Shown: piece by piece, positions 6,020 through 14,249 of the stretch
How the letters are laid out: every line of letters begins with the position of its first letter
How positions within the stretch are numbered: position 1 is the stretch's first letter
Notes under the pieces: model-generated
Told to the model about the DNA's origin: nothing
Databases searched by the model: none
The model's input: only the letters and a program-made list of their open reading frames with translations
Translations under genes and position numbers: made by a program
IMG/VR virus record: IMGVR_UViG_3300045988_158671
Span: 1 to 15,936 of that record
DNA from: a virus
DNA length: 15,936 bases
Strand: one strand, 5' to 3'

Positions 6020-7771
6020 ATGAAATTATCACAATTTACCTTATACAAAAACACTAATTTCACCGACATGCAAAATACTTTGCATTTTAATTCAAATAGT
6101 GAACGTGATAATTGGTTTGACAGCCATTTCAATGGAAGCAATTGTGTTGAATTTCCTAACCGGTTTAATTATCGATATGACAGAGGAACAGTTAACGTAC
6201 CTATGGAAATGGAAAGTCTTCAAGGTTTTAACTATTGTCGGTTTGTTGACGGTTGGGACGGTAAGACGTATTATGCTTTTATCATAAAAACAACATACTT
6301 AAATGATAAAACAACGCAACTTGATTTAGTTATTGATGTTGTTATGACGTACACGCAAGGGAGTGTACTTGAAAATCTTCAAAACGTGGAAGTTATTAGA
6401 CAGCATTTGCCTTTACAACGATTAAAAGGACGTGAGGAATACCTGAGAACATGTAACGACATTCTTCCAACGTCAACCATGATGTTTATCAACCCATCAC
6501 AATTTACAAACAATAATAAAGATGGTGTGCAATTCAATGACTTTATGTATATCATTCAAAGCGCTGTTGAATTAGATGGTGAATTTGGGACTGAAGATAA
6601 GCCCAAAATGCAAACGGCAACAGGCGGAACATATGACGGGATAACATCAGCTGTTAACCTCTACCTAGTTTCAAGTAGCGACTTAGACAGTTTATTGCGA
6701 ACATTATCATCATACCCGTGGATAACCCAAAATTTTAAAACGATTGTAAAAGTTCCTAAAATGTTTTTTAATTTATCAGCATTAAACACCCAAGACTGTA
6801 AAGGAACTAAGTTATATGTTTTAGATGGTGGTAATAATTCAAATATCTTAACAATGCCTTTTAATTTAACAAAGTCTAAAATTAAGGAGGTTTTAGGTTT
6901 AAAAGATTTTGAAGATTATTTAGTACGTGACCAAGTCATTAATATTTATCTGACTGATTATCGTGGCAATCAATTGAATTTTGAAACTGGTAAAATTAAA
7001 GATGGTAACACGATATACGCAACATCAGTCTTAGGTGCGTTTAATGAGATTGACATTTATTCTTTGGAATATGGACAACGTGAAACAAACGAATCAAATC
7101 ATGGTTTTTATCGTGATAATCAAATGACCATCAACACGTTTGATAACGTTCCTGTTATGATTAATAACTATATTTTAAACAAAGCTAATTCAGCTTATTC
7201 TCGTCAACTTGAAAATTCTAAAACAATTTCAGGGCGCATTCAAGAGATGACTAATCCTAACAATTCTGTTAAAGATAGGCTATTCAACGCTGTTTCTGTG
7301 TACTCAAACGTGTTTAGCGGTGGACTTGCTAGCGCACCAGCAAAAGGAGCAGGTTTGTTTGCTGATGAATATGAATACTATCGCAATCAAAAAGCACAAA
7401 TGAACCAATGGAAAATCTCACCACCGACAGTTAGTGAGGGTGGTTATACTAATAGCCCGCTTGAAAAAACAGGTGACTATGGTATTTGGTTAAAAGTTTC
7501 AACGATTAATAATGAAGAATTAAACAGTCTTCGCAGATATTATGGGGCTTTCGGTCATGAAGCAATGCCACATGATAATCAAATTTATAACGTCAAATCA
7601 ATGAGTAAAGCGAATTGGGTGCAATTCAAAGGAAATTACTGGATTGACGACATTGATAGAGAACTATTTGACCAGCTAAAAACACTGTTTGAGGGTGGTG
7701 TCAGATTATGGCACAATTATGCTGATTTATCAAAACGAAGTGAATTATCAGATAATAATGTTATTGCATAG
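6020..7771 (+). CDS. Tail knob (distal tube) protein, phi29 gp9-like, 583 aa.
   Basis: Collinear blocks match phi29 gp9 as I recall it. Examples are [10 protein letters not shown] against [42 protein letters not shown] against [52 protein letters not shown] against NIVNMYVTDYIGLKLDYKNG, and the C-terminal VRLWHNY against ITLWHTD. The size matches gp9 (599 aa). Confidence 0.65.
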   Translation: [583 protein letters not shown]

Positions 7772-7786
7772 AAAGGAGATATATTT

Positions 7787-9211
7787 ATGGTAACGTGTAA
7801 AGATTTTTATGATTTAGCGAAGACATGGGCTGATTCTAACATTGGTAATGATGACGGTTATGGTTATCAATGTATTGCTCTTATTAGTGGTCTGAATCGT
7901 CAATTAGGTGCTGGACTGACAACATTTGTAAGGGGAAACGCAGCCAAAAACTTTTATATTGATTATGCTAGCGGTGCACTATCAACACCAGGATGGCACA
8001 CGGTAGCAGGGAATCCTAGAGACGATACTGAAGCCTCTAAAATATATAATTCTCTACCTAACGGCGCCATTTGTTGTTGGGAGACTACTGGATATTATGG
8101 CTGGGCTGGACATATATCAATCAAAGCTGGTGACTGGGGTACTGACTATGACGCCATTGACCAAGACGGTTATTATCCTAACAAACCCGCTCACTATGAT
8201 AATCTTGGAAAAACATGCGCCTCGGGTGGAATGGGTTTCCTTGGCGCTCTTGTTTCGGACGATACTGGTTGGGGTGGTAATACACCGTCAGGGTCAACAA
8301 GTTCATCACCGCAACCTGGTTCGGAAAAACCGAGCACAGAGATAAAAATTGATTTAACTAAAACACTAAACGAATTTATTGATAAAATTAAAGATATGTT
8401 TAATCAAAATGTTTACAATGCCAGTGAACAATATATGTTTAATAAAGTTGTAAAGCTCACAAGGAATATGAATTTATGGCGAGTACGTTTATCAGATGAG
8501 GCTCTTGATGAGATTAAAGATGAACTTAAGAAAGCTTTAGATAGTTTGTTAAAATCTTCACAACAATCACAAAAGGATACAATCCCACAAGGTGCCCCAA
8601 CGCAAAACCCTGATGTTGGTGATGAAAGTTCAATGAGTGATGAGGATAAAGTAAGGTATATAACAAAAGTTTGTTTAGCCAATTGTGGTAATGCTAACGC
8701 TTATGGAATTGCTGGACTTGTCGGAAACTTTGTGGGTGAAAGTGGTATTAATCCGTTCACATTTGAGGCTAAAACGTATTGGCGGGATGAGGGTGAAGAT
8801 TGGCGAAACGACCCGACTGTTGAAACGATATTTGGTTCATGGTCATCATTTTTGTCGCTTTACAGCATTCCTCTAAATGAAGAGGCTTATAAGGGTAGCG
8901 ACGGACGTCATTATTGTGGTCTTGGCTTAGGTCAATGGACTGGTCCACGAGGTGAGGGACTAGCCAAATACGGTAAAGAAAATGGTAAAGGATGGTACTC
9001 ACTTAAAACACAAATGGAATACGCTTTTAAAGAGGGAGCAACAACGGAAACCCTTAAAAAATGCTTGGTAAATTCTGAAAGTGTGCGTGAGGGTGTAGAC
9101 AATGTCTATCGATTTTGGGAACGTGCTAACGTGCCTGACTCTCTGCCCACACGATATGCTGGAGCTGAAAAATGGTATCCATTTATTAAAAATATTATTG
9201 ACGGTAACTAG
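7787..9211 (+). CDS. Tail-associated peptidoglycan hydrolase. It has an N-terminal CHAP domain, a Ser/Pro/Gly linker and a C-terminal lysozyme-like or lytic transglycosylase-like domain.
   Basis: The CHAP signature is a Cys in GYGYQCIALI and a His in GWAGHISIKAG. The linker is GGNTPSGSTSSSPQPGSEKPS. The C-terminal domain carries SLT-type motifs: GESGINP (E-S catalytic dyad), GLGLGQWT and AKYG. It sits where phi29 gp13 sits, after the knob and before the holin. Confidence 0.8.
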   Translation: MVTCKDFYDLAKTWADSNIGNDDGYGYQCIALISGLNRQLGAGLTTFVRGNAAKNFYIDYASGALSTPGWHTVAGNPRDDTEASKIYNSLPNGAICCWETTGYYGWAGHISIKAGDWGTDYDAIDQDGYYPNKPAHYDNLGKTCASGGMGFLGALVSDDTGWGGNTPSGSTSSSPQPGSEKPSTEIKIDLTKTLNEFIDKIKDMFNQNVYNASEQYMFNKVVKLTRNMNLWRVRLSDEALDEIKDELKKALDSLLKSSQQSQKDTIPQGAPTQNPDVGDESSMSDEDKVRYITKVCLANCGNANAYGIAGLVGNFVGESGINPFTFEAKTYWRDEGEDWRNDPTVETIFGSWSSFLSLYSIPLNEEAYKGSDGRHYCGLGLGQWTGPRGEGLAKYGKENGKGWYSLKTQMEYAFKEGATTETLKKCLVNSESVREGVDNVYRFWERANVPDSLPTRYAGAEKWYPFIKNIIDGN

Positions 9212-9243
9212 AAAAAGAGCACCTTTTAAAGGTGCTTTTTTTA
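9212..9243. terminator. Intrinsic terminator: AGCACCUUU loop AAAGGUGCU followed by a U7 run, with an A5 run on the other side, so potentially bidirectional.
   Basis: A perfect 8-9 bp inverted repeat immediately after the lysin stop, then TTTTTTT. Confidence 0.7.
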
Positions 9244-9252
9244 TGGTATAAT
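9244..9252 (+). promoter_or_regulatory. Extended -10 promoter (TGgTATAAT) ahead of the holin gene.
   Basis: TGnTATAAT at 9244-9252, then AAAGGAG and the ATG at 9278. Confidence 0.4.
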
Positions 9253-9277
9253 ATTATAAGAAAGGAGAACTATACTT

Positions 9278-9670
9278 ATGAATACATTAATGCAGTACTT
9301 ACTAGCCTGTAATATTTTAGACATTGTAACAGGTTTTATAAAAGCTTACGACCAAAAAAATGTGTCAAGCAAAAAAATGAAACACGGAGCACTTACAAAA
9401 GTCACTATCTGGTGTGTTGTTGTTGTTTCAATTATTTTAAGCGCCTATCTTGGTACAGATTTAACGACTTATATTGTTAGCTACTATTTAATTATGGAAA
9501 TTGTTTCCATTCTTGAAAATGCTAGTGTGTTTGTTCCTGTTCCTGATAAACTTAAGAATATGCTTGATAATGAGCAAGTTGAAAAAACTGAAGTGGTAAA
9601 GGAGGAAACAGTTAAAACTGTAGACCCTGAAATTTTGAAACTGATAAAGGAGAAGAAAGAAAATGAGTGA
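9278..9670 (+). CDS. Holin, phi29 gp14-like (phage_holin_4_1 type), 130 aa.
   Basis: Two or three hydrophobic helices and a charged C-terminal tail. Collinear with phi29 gp14 (131 aa): LLACNILDIVTGFIKAY against LMVCMVVDTVLGVLFAKL, and HGALTKVTIW against TGVLIKVSEM. Confidence 0.75.
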   Translation: MNTLMQYLLACNILDIVTGFIKAYDQKNVSSKKMKHGALTKVTIWCVVVVSIILSAYLGTDLTTYIVSYYLIMEIVSILENASVFVPVPDKLKNMLDNEQVEKTEVVKEETVKTVDPEILKLIKEKKENE

Positions 9671-9875
9671 TATTAATTTTAATATTGAAGATAAGCGATA
9701 CCCGTATGATTGTTTATATTTTGATACAAATTATGGTTATCGTGCTTGTCTTAATGGTAAACGTCTAGACATAGCAGACATTAAGACTGTTTTGGCTTTA
9801 AAAGATAAATTTGGACTACCTGAACTTAATATTAGTGAGAAAGATGTAGCACGCTTTGAAAAGTGTATCTATTGA
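9663..9875 (+). CDS. Hypothetical 70-aa protein. Its start overlaps the holin end and its stop overlaps the HNH start.
   Basis: ATG at 9663 lies inside the holin's last codons. No recognisable motif. Confidence 0.35.
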   Translation: MSDINFNIEDKRYPYDCLYFDTNYGYRACLNGKRLDIADIKTVLALKDKFGLPELNISEKDVARFEKCIY

Positions 9876-10191
9876 GTGGAAACAACACCCAATCTATACT
9901 AATTATCTTATCCAAAACGGTGGACTTGTTAAAAATAAGAAAACTGGTAAAATTTTAAAGACTAGAAAAGACAAGGGTGGTCGTGAACGGGTGAATCTTA
10001 GTCATAATGGATATGTTAAAACAGTCTACGTCTATAGATTAGTAGCAGAAACATATATACCAAACCCAAATAATTATAATACCATTCATCACATTGACCA
10101 CGATAAGACCAACAACGCTTGGTATAATTTGGAATGGTGTGACTTTTCAACTAATTTGTTGTATGAAAAAAAGGGCTTATTCTTAGAATAA
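9856..10191 (+). CDS. HNH homing endonuclease (NUMOD4 and HNH_3 type), 111 aa, with a TTG start.
   Basis: IEWKQHPIYTNYLIQNGGLVKN...GYVKTVYVYRLVAETYIPNP is the N-terminal homing-endonuclease motif, and HHIDHDKTNNAWYNLEWC is the HNH core. The frame has no ATG at all. The only start is TTG at 9856, with a weak RBS. Confidence 0.6.
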   Translation: MKSVSIEWKQHPIYTNYLIQNGGLVKNKKTGKILKTRKDKGGRERVNLSHNGYVKTVYVYRLVAETYIPNPNNYNTIHHIDHDKTNNAWYNLEWCDFSTNLLYEKKGLFLE

Positions 10192-10200
10192 GTCCTTTTG
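10165..10200. terminator. Bidirectional intrinsic terminator at the point where the two arms converge.
   Basis: A7-GGGCUUAUUC-UUA-GAAUAAGUCC-UUUU. The 12-bp stem has one G-U pair and is flanked by an A-run on the left and a T-run on the right. The stops of both the HNH gene (10189-10191) and the polymerase gene (10183-10185) lie inside the hairpin. Confidence 0.7.
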
Positions 10201-12501
10201 ATTGTGACGTTTGAAATTATTATATTCTTCGATTAGTTCACGAATGTTATTATTTTCTGGAATTTCCTGATTAGGGATAACGTCATTTGTACCAATAGCG
10301 CCATAAGGTGTTTCAACATATAAGAGTTCGTTAGAGCTTTGGTTAGCTATTTCTTCTCTAATTCTTGATTTGATTTTATCTAACTCTTTTTCATTTTGTA
10401 AAACATAGCTATCGAAGTAAGGGAATCCTTTTTCAAGTTTAGCGGACGTGTTATAAATTGAAATAGTGTTATATTCGTTTCTTATCGAACGGGTAGCGGG
10501 TACTATAGTACCGTCTGAAAAATAACACTTCACGAAAAATTCAAAGTCGTTATGTGAATGTTTTATCCATTCTTTTATTAGAGATTTTGAAACACCACCA
10601 CAACGAACAACAATACCGTTATCATATAAACAATATTTTTTATGGTTGAATGCGTAAAATTTGGTAATATTATCATGTTCAATATCCCACGCACCGAGAT
10701 TCATTTTATGAAACATAGATTTTGGAAATTTGTCAAGCGCTCTCTTATCCATGTATAGGCTATCCGTATCAGCATACCAAAAATAGTTATCAATTTCTTG
10801 GGGTGTTAAATATTGAAGAGGCGACAACAGATTATGAAAAGCAAAAGCAGTGACACCAGCAGAAAAAACGATATTTCTTTCTTTATTTGTAAAACCGTTT
10901 TTAACATTTTCAAAATCATCCCCTACACGTTTGAAAATATCAAAGTGAATACGAAGAGCAGGAACACCGTATATACCATTTAACAATACTTTTGAACCCT
11001 GTACCATTTCATCACTGAAATTATATTTAGATGGTTTAGGCTCATTAGTCATTTTAATGTTTAGGGGGTCAATGGTATCAATTTCACAATCAAGCTTATT
11101 TTTCATTTTACCCTGTGTTTTAATAAAATAGTTGCGGGCGATAACGTCACGAGCTCCAAAATATTCACACTGAAAAGTGGCTGAGCTTTCAACTGGTAGG
11201 GAAGTAAATTCTTGCTTAGTGATTTTAGATAAGAGTCTTAATAGTACAGTGTTATAATAAACAAGCCCGTCTTTAGAATTGTAATATTTAACAATAGCGT
11301 TCCTTAACACTTTACTTTTATTTTTAGAAAGTATATACTTATTAGCGTTTTCAATAGTCATTGTAAAAAATGACATGATATTATTGTTATTATAATCATA
11401 GTTAGCAATTGATTTTTTCTCATTTAAGGCTATTAGATAAGTTGGTAGTTTCTCTTTGTACATAACTGTAGGATAAGAGCTATTTAAGTCAATAGAAAAA
11501 CCTTTCTTATTTATAATTGTTCCTATGTAATCATCATTATAAAGATTTAGACCGCCTTTATAAAACGAACGGAAATAATCAAAACCTGACATACCACAAA
11601 TTTGATAGTCATTCAATTTTAAATGAGAAAAGCGCCCATCTGTTTTTAATAGTTGAAATTCAGCAAGTTTATTATAATTTGAATATTCTTCTTTAATATT
11701 TTGGGTAAAAGTCATTTTAGAAAAGTCAAAACCATAGAATAAGGTTTTATAATGTTTAACCCCTAAAGCTAAAATAATGACGTCGTTACGAATATATTTA
11801 AGTTGTTTTTCGTTAAGACTTTCAAAACAACGCTTAATATATGTTTTAACTTGCTCTCTTTTAATATCTTCGTCTTTGTCAAAACAATCATAATCAAAGT
11901 CAGTCTTTAAATACTCTTCAGTTATCAAATTATTATTAAGTAGCATTTTACCTAAAACAGCTATACTAGTATTCATTTTCTTAAAAGAGTCAATAAATTC
12001 AACACGTCTACCATGAACATAAGCTTTTACACTAACGTTATTAGATGACTTAACACGACTTTCTAAAACTATACCATGTTTTTTTTCTTCATTGTCGATT
12101 GTTGACATTTTTCTTGCGTTTTTGTTAGCCATGTTATTTGCGTTTTTATTATGTTCGGTGTAAACAGGTAAATTATAATAGCTTTGCATTTCTTCAATAA
12201 AAAAATGATTGTCAAATTTTTCACCATTGTGAAAGATTAAATCAAAAGATAATGTTTTTCTGATTTTCTTTTGTTTGACTTTTTCAAAGAAATCATAGAA
12301 ATTATTGAAAACAGCTACTTTTGGAAAGTCACTATCATTAAAATAAGCAATAGCTAGGGAATAAGTAAATGAATGATATTTTGTAGGGTGTTCCATGCCA
12401 TCAATTTTGTTGCAAGTAAAAGTCTCAATATCAGCATATAACGAGACTTTCTTACCTTTAAATTTTTTTAAAAAGTCAAGTAGTTCATTTTGATTGTGCA
12501 T
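10183..12501 (-). CDS. Protein-primed family-B DNA polymerase, phi29 gp2-like, 772 aa.
   Basis: Exo I YADIET, Exo II FHNGEKFD, Exo III YIRNDVIIL, motif A DLNSSYPTVMY, motif B KVLLNGIYG, motif C YADTDSLY. AAAGGAG RBS. Confidence 0.92.
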   Translation of the reverse strand: MHNQNELLDFLKKFKGKKVSLYADIETFTCNKIDGMEHPTKYHSFTYSLAIAYFNDSDFPKVAVFNNFYDFFEKVKQKKIRKTLSFDLIFHNGEKFDNHFFIEEMQSYYNLPVYTEHNKNANNMANKNARKMSTIDNEEKKHGIVLESRVKSSNNVSVKAYVHGRRVEFIDSFKKMNTSIAVLGKMLLNNNLITEEYLKTDFDYDCFDKDEDIKREQVKTYIKRCFESLNEKQLKYIRNDVIILALGVKHYKTLFYGFDFSKMTFTQNIKEEYSNYNKLAEFQLLKTDGRFSHLKLNDYQICGMSGFDYFRSFYKGGLNLYNDDYIGTIINKKGFSIDLNSSYPTVMYKEKLPTYLIALNEKKSIANYDYNNNNIMSFFTMTIENANKYILSKNKSKVLRNAIVKYYNSKDGLVYYNTVLLRLLSKITKQEFTSLPVESSATFQCEYFGARDVIARNYFIKTQGKMKNKLDCEIDTIDPLNIKMTNEPKPSKYNFSDEMVQGSKVLLNGIYGVPALRIHFDIFKRVGDDFENVKNGFTNKERNIVFSAGVTAFAFHNLLSPLQYLTPQEIDNYFWYADTDSLYMDKRALDKFPKSMFHKMNLGAWDIEHDNITKFYAFNHKKYCLYDNGIVVRCGGVSKSLIKEWIKHSHNDFEFFVKCYFSDGTIVPATRSIRNEYNTISIYNTSAKLEKGFPYFDSYVLQNEKELDKIKSRIREEIANQSSNELLYVETPYGAIGTNDVIPNQEIPENNNIRELIEEYNNFKRHNQKDLF

Positions 12502-12520
12502 GATATTAAGACTCCTTTAA

Positions 12521-13768
12521 TTATTCATATTTTTTGGCTAGGGCTTTAAGGAAATTGTTTTCCTTAATTTTGAAATAGGTTTCTTCGGTTGTAACTTCTT
12601 TTGCGGATGGTATAAGCTTAAACAAGTTTAATTGCATGAGCATGTTATCACGTTCCATGTAAGTTTTAGAAAAGCTATCTTTGTATAGAAACATGCCTTT
12701 TTCATGTTTCTTAATAAATAACTGTTTATAGTATTTATCATTTAGATACTGACTATTTTCTGTTTCATCAGATAAATTAATACAATACTGTTCGGTGTTG
12801 TCACTTCGCTCAACTGATAATACTATATTATCATTTTTGGCAACAATATGCAACATTAATTTATCGTCTAATTTAACTTTTACAGATTTTGAATGGTTGT
12901 AGATATTATAGTAAACGTCCTCATTAACAAGTTTATGATTAGAAAATTGAAATTCACCAGTAACGTCAGCATCATCTGAATCAGGAAAAGCACGCAGGTT
13001 TTTACCGTCGTTGCGTGAGTCATTTCGTCTTAGCTCTAATAAAACGTTATCGTATTGTTTTATTGTATTTATTTCTTGGGTTTGTAATTTATTGTAGATT
13101 TTAAGGGAAGGAAGTAGTGGGCTGTCAAAATTTACTGGGTTAGCTAAGTATATCATTTTAGGTGTTTTAATGTATGGGCGGTTATTAATACGGTCAATTG
13201 ATTTGTAGATAGTTCGAATTTTTTCATATTCGTTTTTACAATAGTCGTCTGGCAAAGTTAAGAATTCATCATACAATATAATTGGAAAGTTTTTCAAAAC
13301 AGCTGAAGACTGTTTTAGGTCGCTTGCGTTATTGATGTCAGTAATAAGAAAGACATCCTTATCACCGATTGAAATAATTAAATAATCTGAAGTAGAGCGA
13401 TAATGATAGTCAGTAGAAAAATTACACCACCCAATAGTTTGCAAAATATCCTCCACCAGTTCACGCATTTTATCTTGCAGTGTAAAATGGCGAACCAAGA
13501 GAGTACACCCCATATCAAGTTGGTAGCAAAGATAACCAACAGCAGAAATATAGTTAAATGACTTACCGTCACCACGTGAAGTGATGGACATGTAGTGGTC
13601 AAGGTCTTCGTTGCAAAGCTCGTCTAATAGCTCCAATTGGTTGAATTCTTTTGGTAAGTATTTTTCTTTGTATTCTTTTAAATAGTAAGCATATTCTTCC
13701 TTTTCACTTGCAAAGAGTGATACAGCTTTCTGCTTTAGTGTTTTTGGTAAAGTTTTCTTTTTAGCCAT
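12521..13768 (-). CDS. DNA encapsidation ATPase, phi29 gp16-like, 415 aa.
   Basis: Walker A is ITSRGDGKSF and Walker B is ILYDEF. Collinear with phi29 gp16 as I recall it: GARGIGKSY, IVFDEF, and CLSNAVSVVNPYF against YLANPVNFDSPLL. Confidence 0.8.
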   Translation of the reverse strand: MAKKKTLPKTLKQKAVSLFASEKEEYAYYLKEYKEKYLPKEFNQLELLDELCNEDLDHYMSITSRGDGKSFNYISAVGYLCYQLDMGCTLLVRHFTLQDKMRELVEDILQTIGWCNFSTDYHYRSTSDYLIISIGDKDVFLITDINNASDLKQSSAVLKNFPIILYDEFLTLPDDYCKNEYEKIRTIYKSIDRINNRPYIKTPKMIYLANPVNFDSPLLPSLKIYNKLQTQEINTIKQYDNVLLELRRNDSRNDGKNLRAFPDSDDADVTGEFQFSNHKLVNEDVYYNIYNHSKSVKVKLDDKLMLHIVAKNDNIVLSVERSDNTEQYCINLSDETENSQYLNDKYYKQLFIKKHEKGMFLYKDSFSKTYMERDNMLMQLNLFKLIPSAKEVTTEETYFKIKENNFLKALAKKYE

Positions 13769-13784
13769 ATTTTTCCTTTCTAAT

Positions 13785-13812
13785 ATTAAAAGGTAGAGTT
13801 TTAACCCTACCT
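13785..13812 (-). terminator. Partial intrinsic terminator or attenuator between the SSB and ATPase genes, on the - strand.
   Basis: On the - strand the stem is AGGTAGGGTT, AA, AACTCTACCT (10 bp with one mismatch), followed by TTTTAATATT. It lies between the SSB stop and the ATPase RBS. Confidence 0.4.
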
Positions 13813-13827
13813 AACTTTATTTATTTA

Positions 13828-14190
13828 TTAAAATGGTAAATCAATTTCAGTATCATCTGTTTTAGTTTGTTTTTGATATTTTTCAATTTCAGTATCATCT
13901 GTTTTAGTTTGTTTTTGATATTTTTCAATTTCAAGAATTGTGAAGTTGATATATCCTTTTTGTGCAGGTGATGCAATTCCTGAAATTTTAACTAATTCTT
14001 TATTTAGGAATGGTTTAGCTTTTTGTGCTAGCTTGGCAGGGATTAGACCGTAGAAGTGTTGTGTTTCATATTCACCATTTTTATTTTTTTGTGATGAAGT
14101 AAATAAAACAGTAATAGCACCAGATTTTAGTACTTTGTTTTTGTCTTTGTTGAAGTTGATAAAGCCGATTGTATTAAATTGTAATGCCAT
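13828..14190 (-). CDS. ssb: Bacterial-type single-stranded DNA-binding protein (OB-fold) with an acidic C-terminal tail ending DLPF.
   Basis: HFYGLIPAKLAQKA resembles the SSB W-x-R-V-x-x-F-G-K-L-A-E region. The C-terminus DDTEIDLPF matches the canonical SSB D-D-D-I-P-F tip. The true start is ATG at 14190 (MALQF...). The track's MKGAKH extension is the AAAGGAG RBS read as codons. Confidence 0.6.
   Translation of the reverse strand: MALQFNTIGFINFNKDKNKVLKSGAITVLFTSSQKNKNGEYETQHFYGLIPAKLAQKAKPFLNKELVKISGIASPAQKGYINFTILEIEKYQKQTKTDDTEIEKYQKQTKTDDTEIDLPF
13841..13933. repeat. 42-bp perfect tandem direct repeat, 2.2 copies, in frame inside the SSB C-terminal tail.
   Basis: The unit tcaatttcagtatcatctgttttagtttgtttttgatatttt occupies 13841-13882 and 13883-13924, with a 9-nt partial third copy. 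It encodes a duplicated EIEKYQKQTKTDDT. Confidence 0.9.
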
Positions 14191-14219
14191 GTGTTTGGCT
14201 CCTTTCATTTTATAAATTA

Positions 14220-14248
14220 ATTATATAATAGTTATGGTTAAAAGTCAA
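14220..14248 (-). promoter_or_regulatory. Sigma70-like promoter (TTGACT, 17 nt, TATAAT) on the - strand upstream of SSB, the ATPase and the polymerase.
   Basis: On the - strand the -35 TTGACT is plus 14248..14243 and the -10 TATAAT is plus 14225..14220, with a 17-nt spacer. Confidence 0.5.
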
Positions 14249-14249
14249 G

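Noticed and set aside
5506-8876. Short ORFs nested in or antisense to the fibre, knob and lysin genes (5506..5703+, 6099..6287+, 8097..8345+, 8413..8682-, 8685..8876+, 8769..9002-).
   Set aside because: They are alternative frames of well-supported genes.
9856-9875. A programmed +1 frameshift that would fuse the 70-aa ORF to the HNH endonuclease.
   Set aside because: The overlap TAT TGA G does not look like known +1 shift sites of the CUU UGA C type with an upstream SD. An independent TTG start is the simpler reading, though it has not been tested.
13378-13602. A 74-aa - strand ORF inside the ATPase gene.
   Set aside because: It is an alternative frame of the gp16-like gene and has no RBS.
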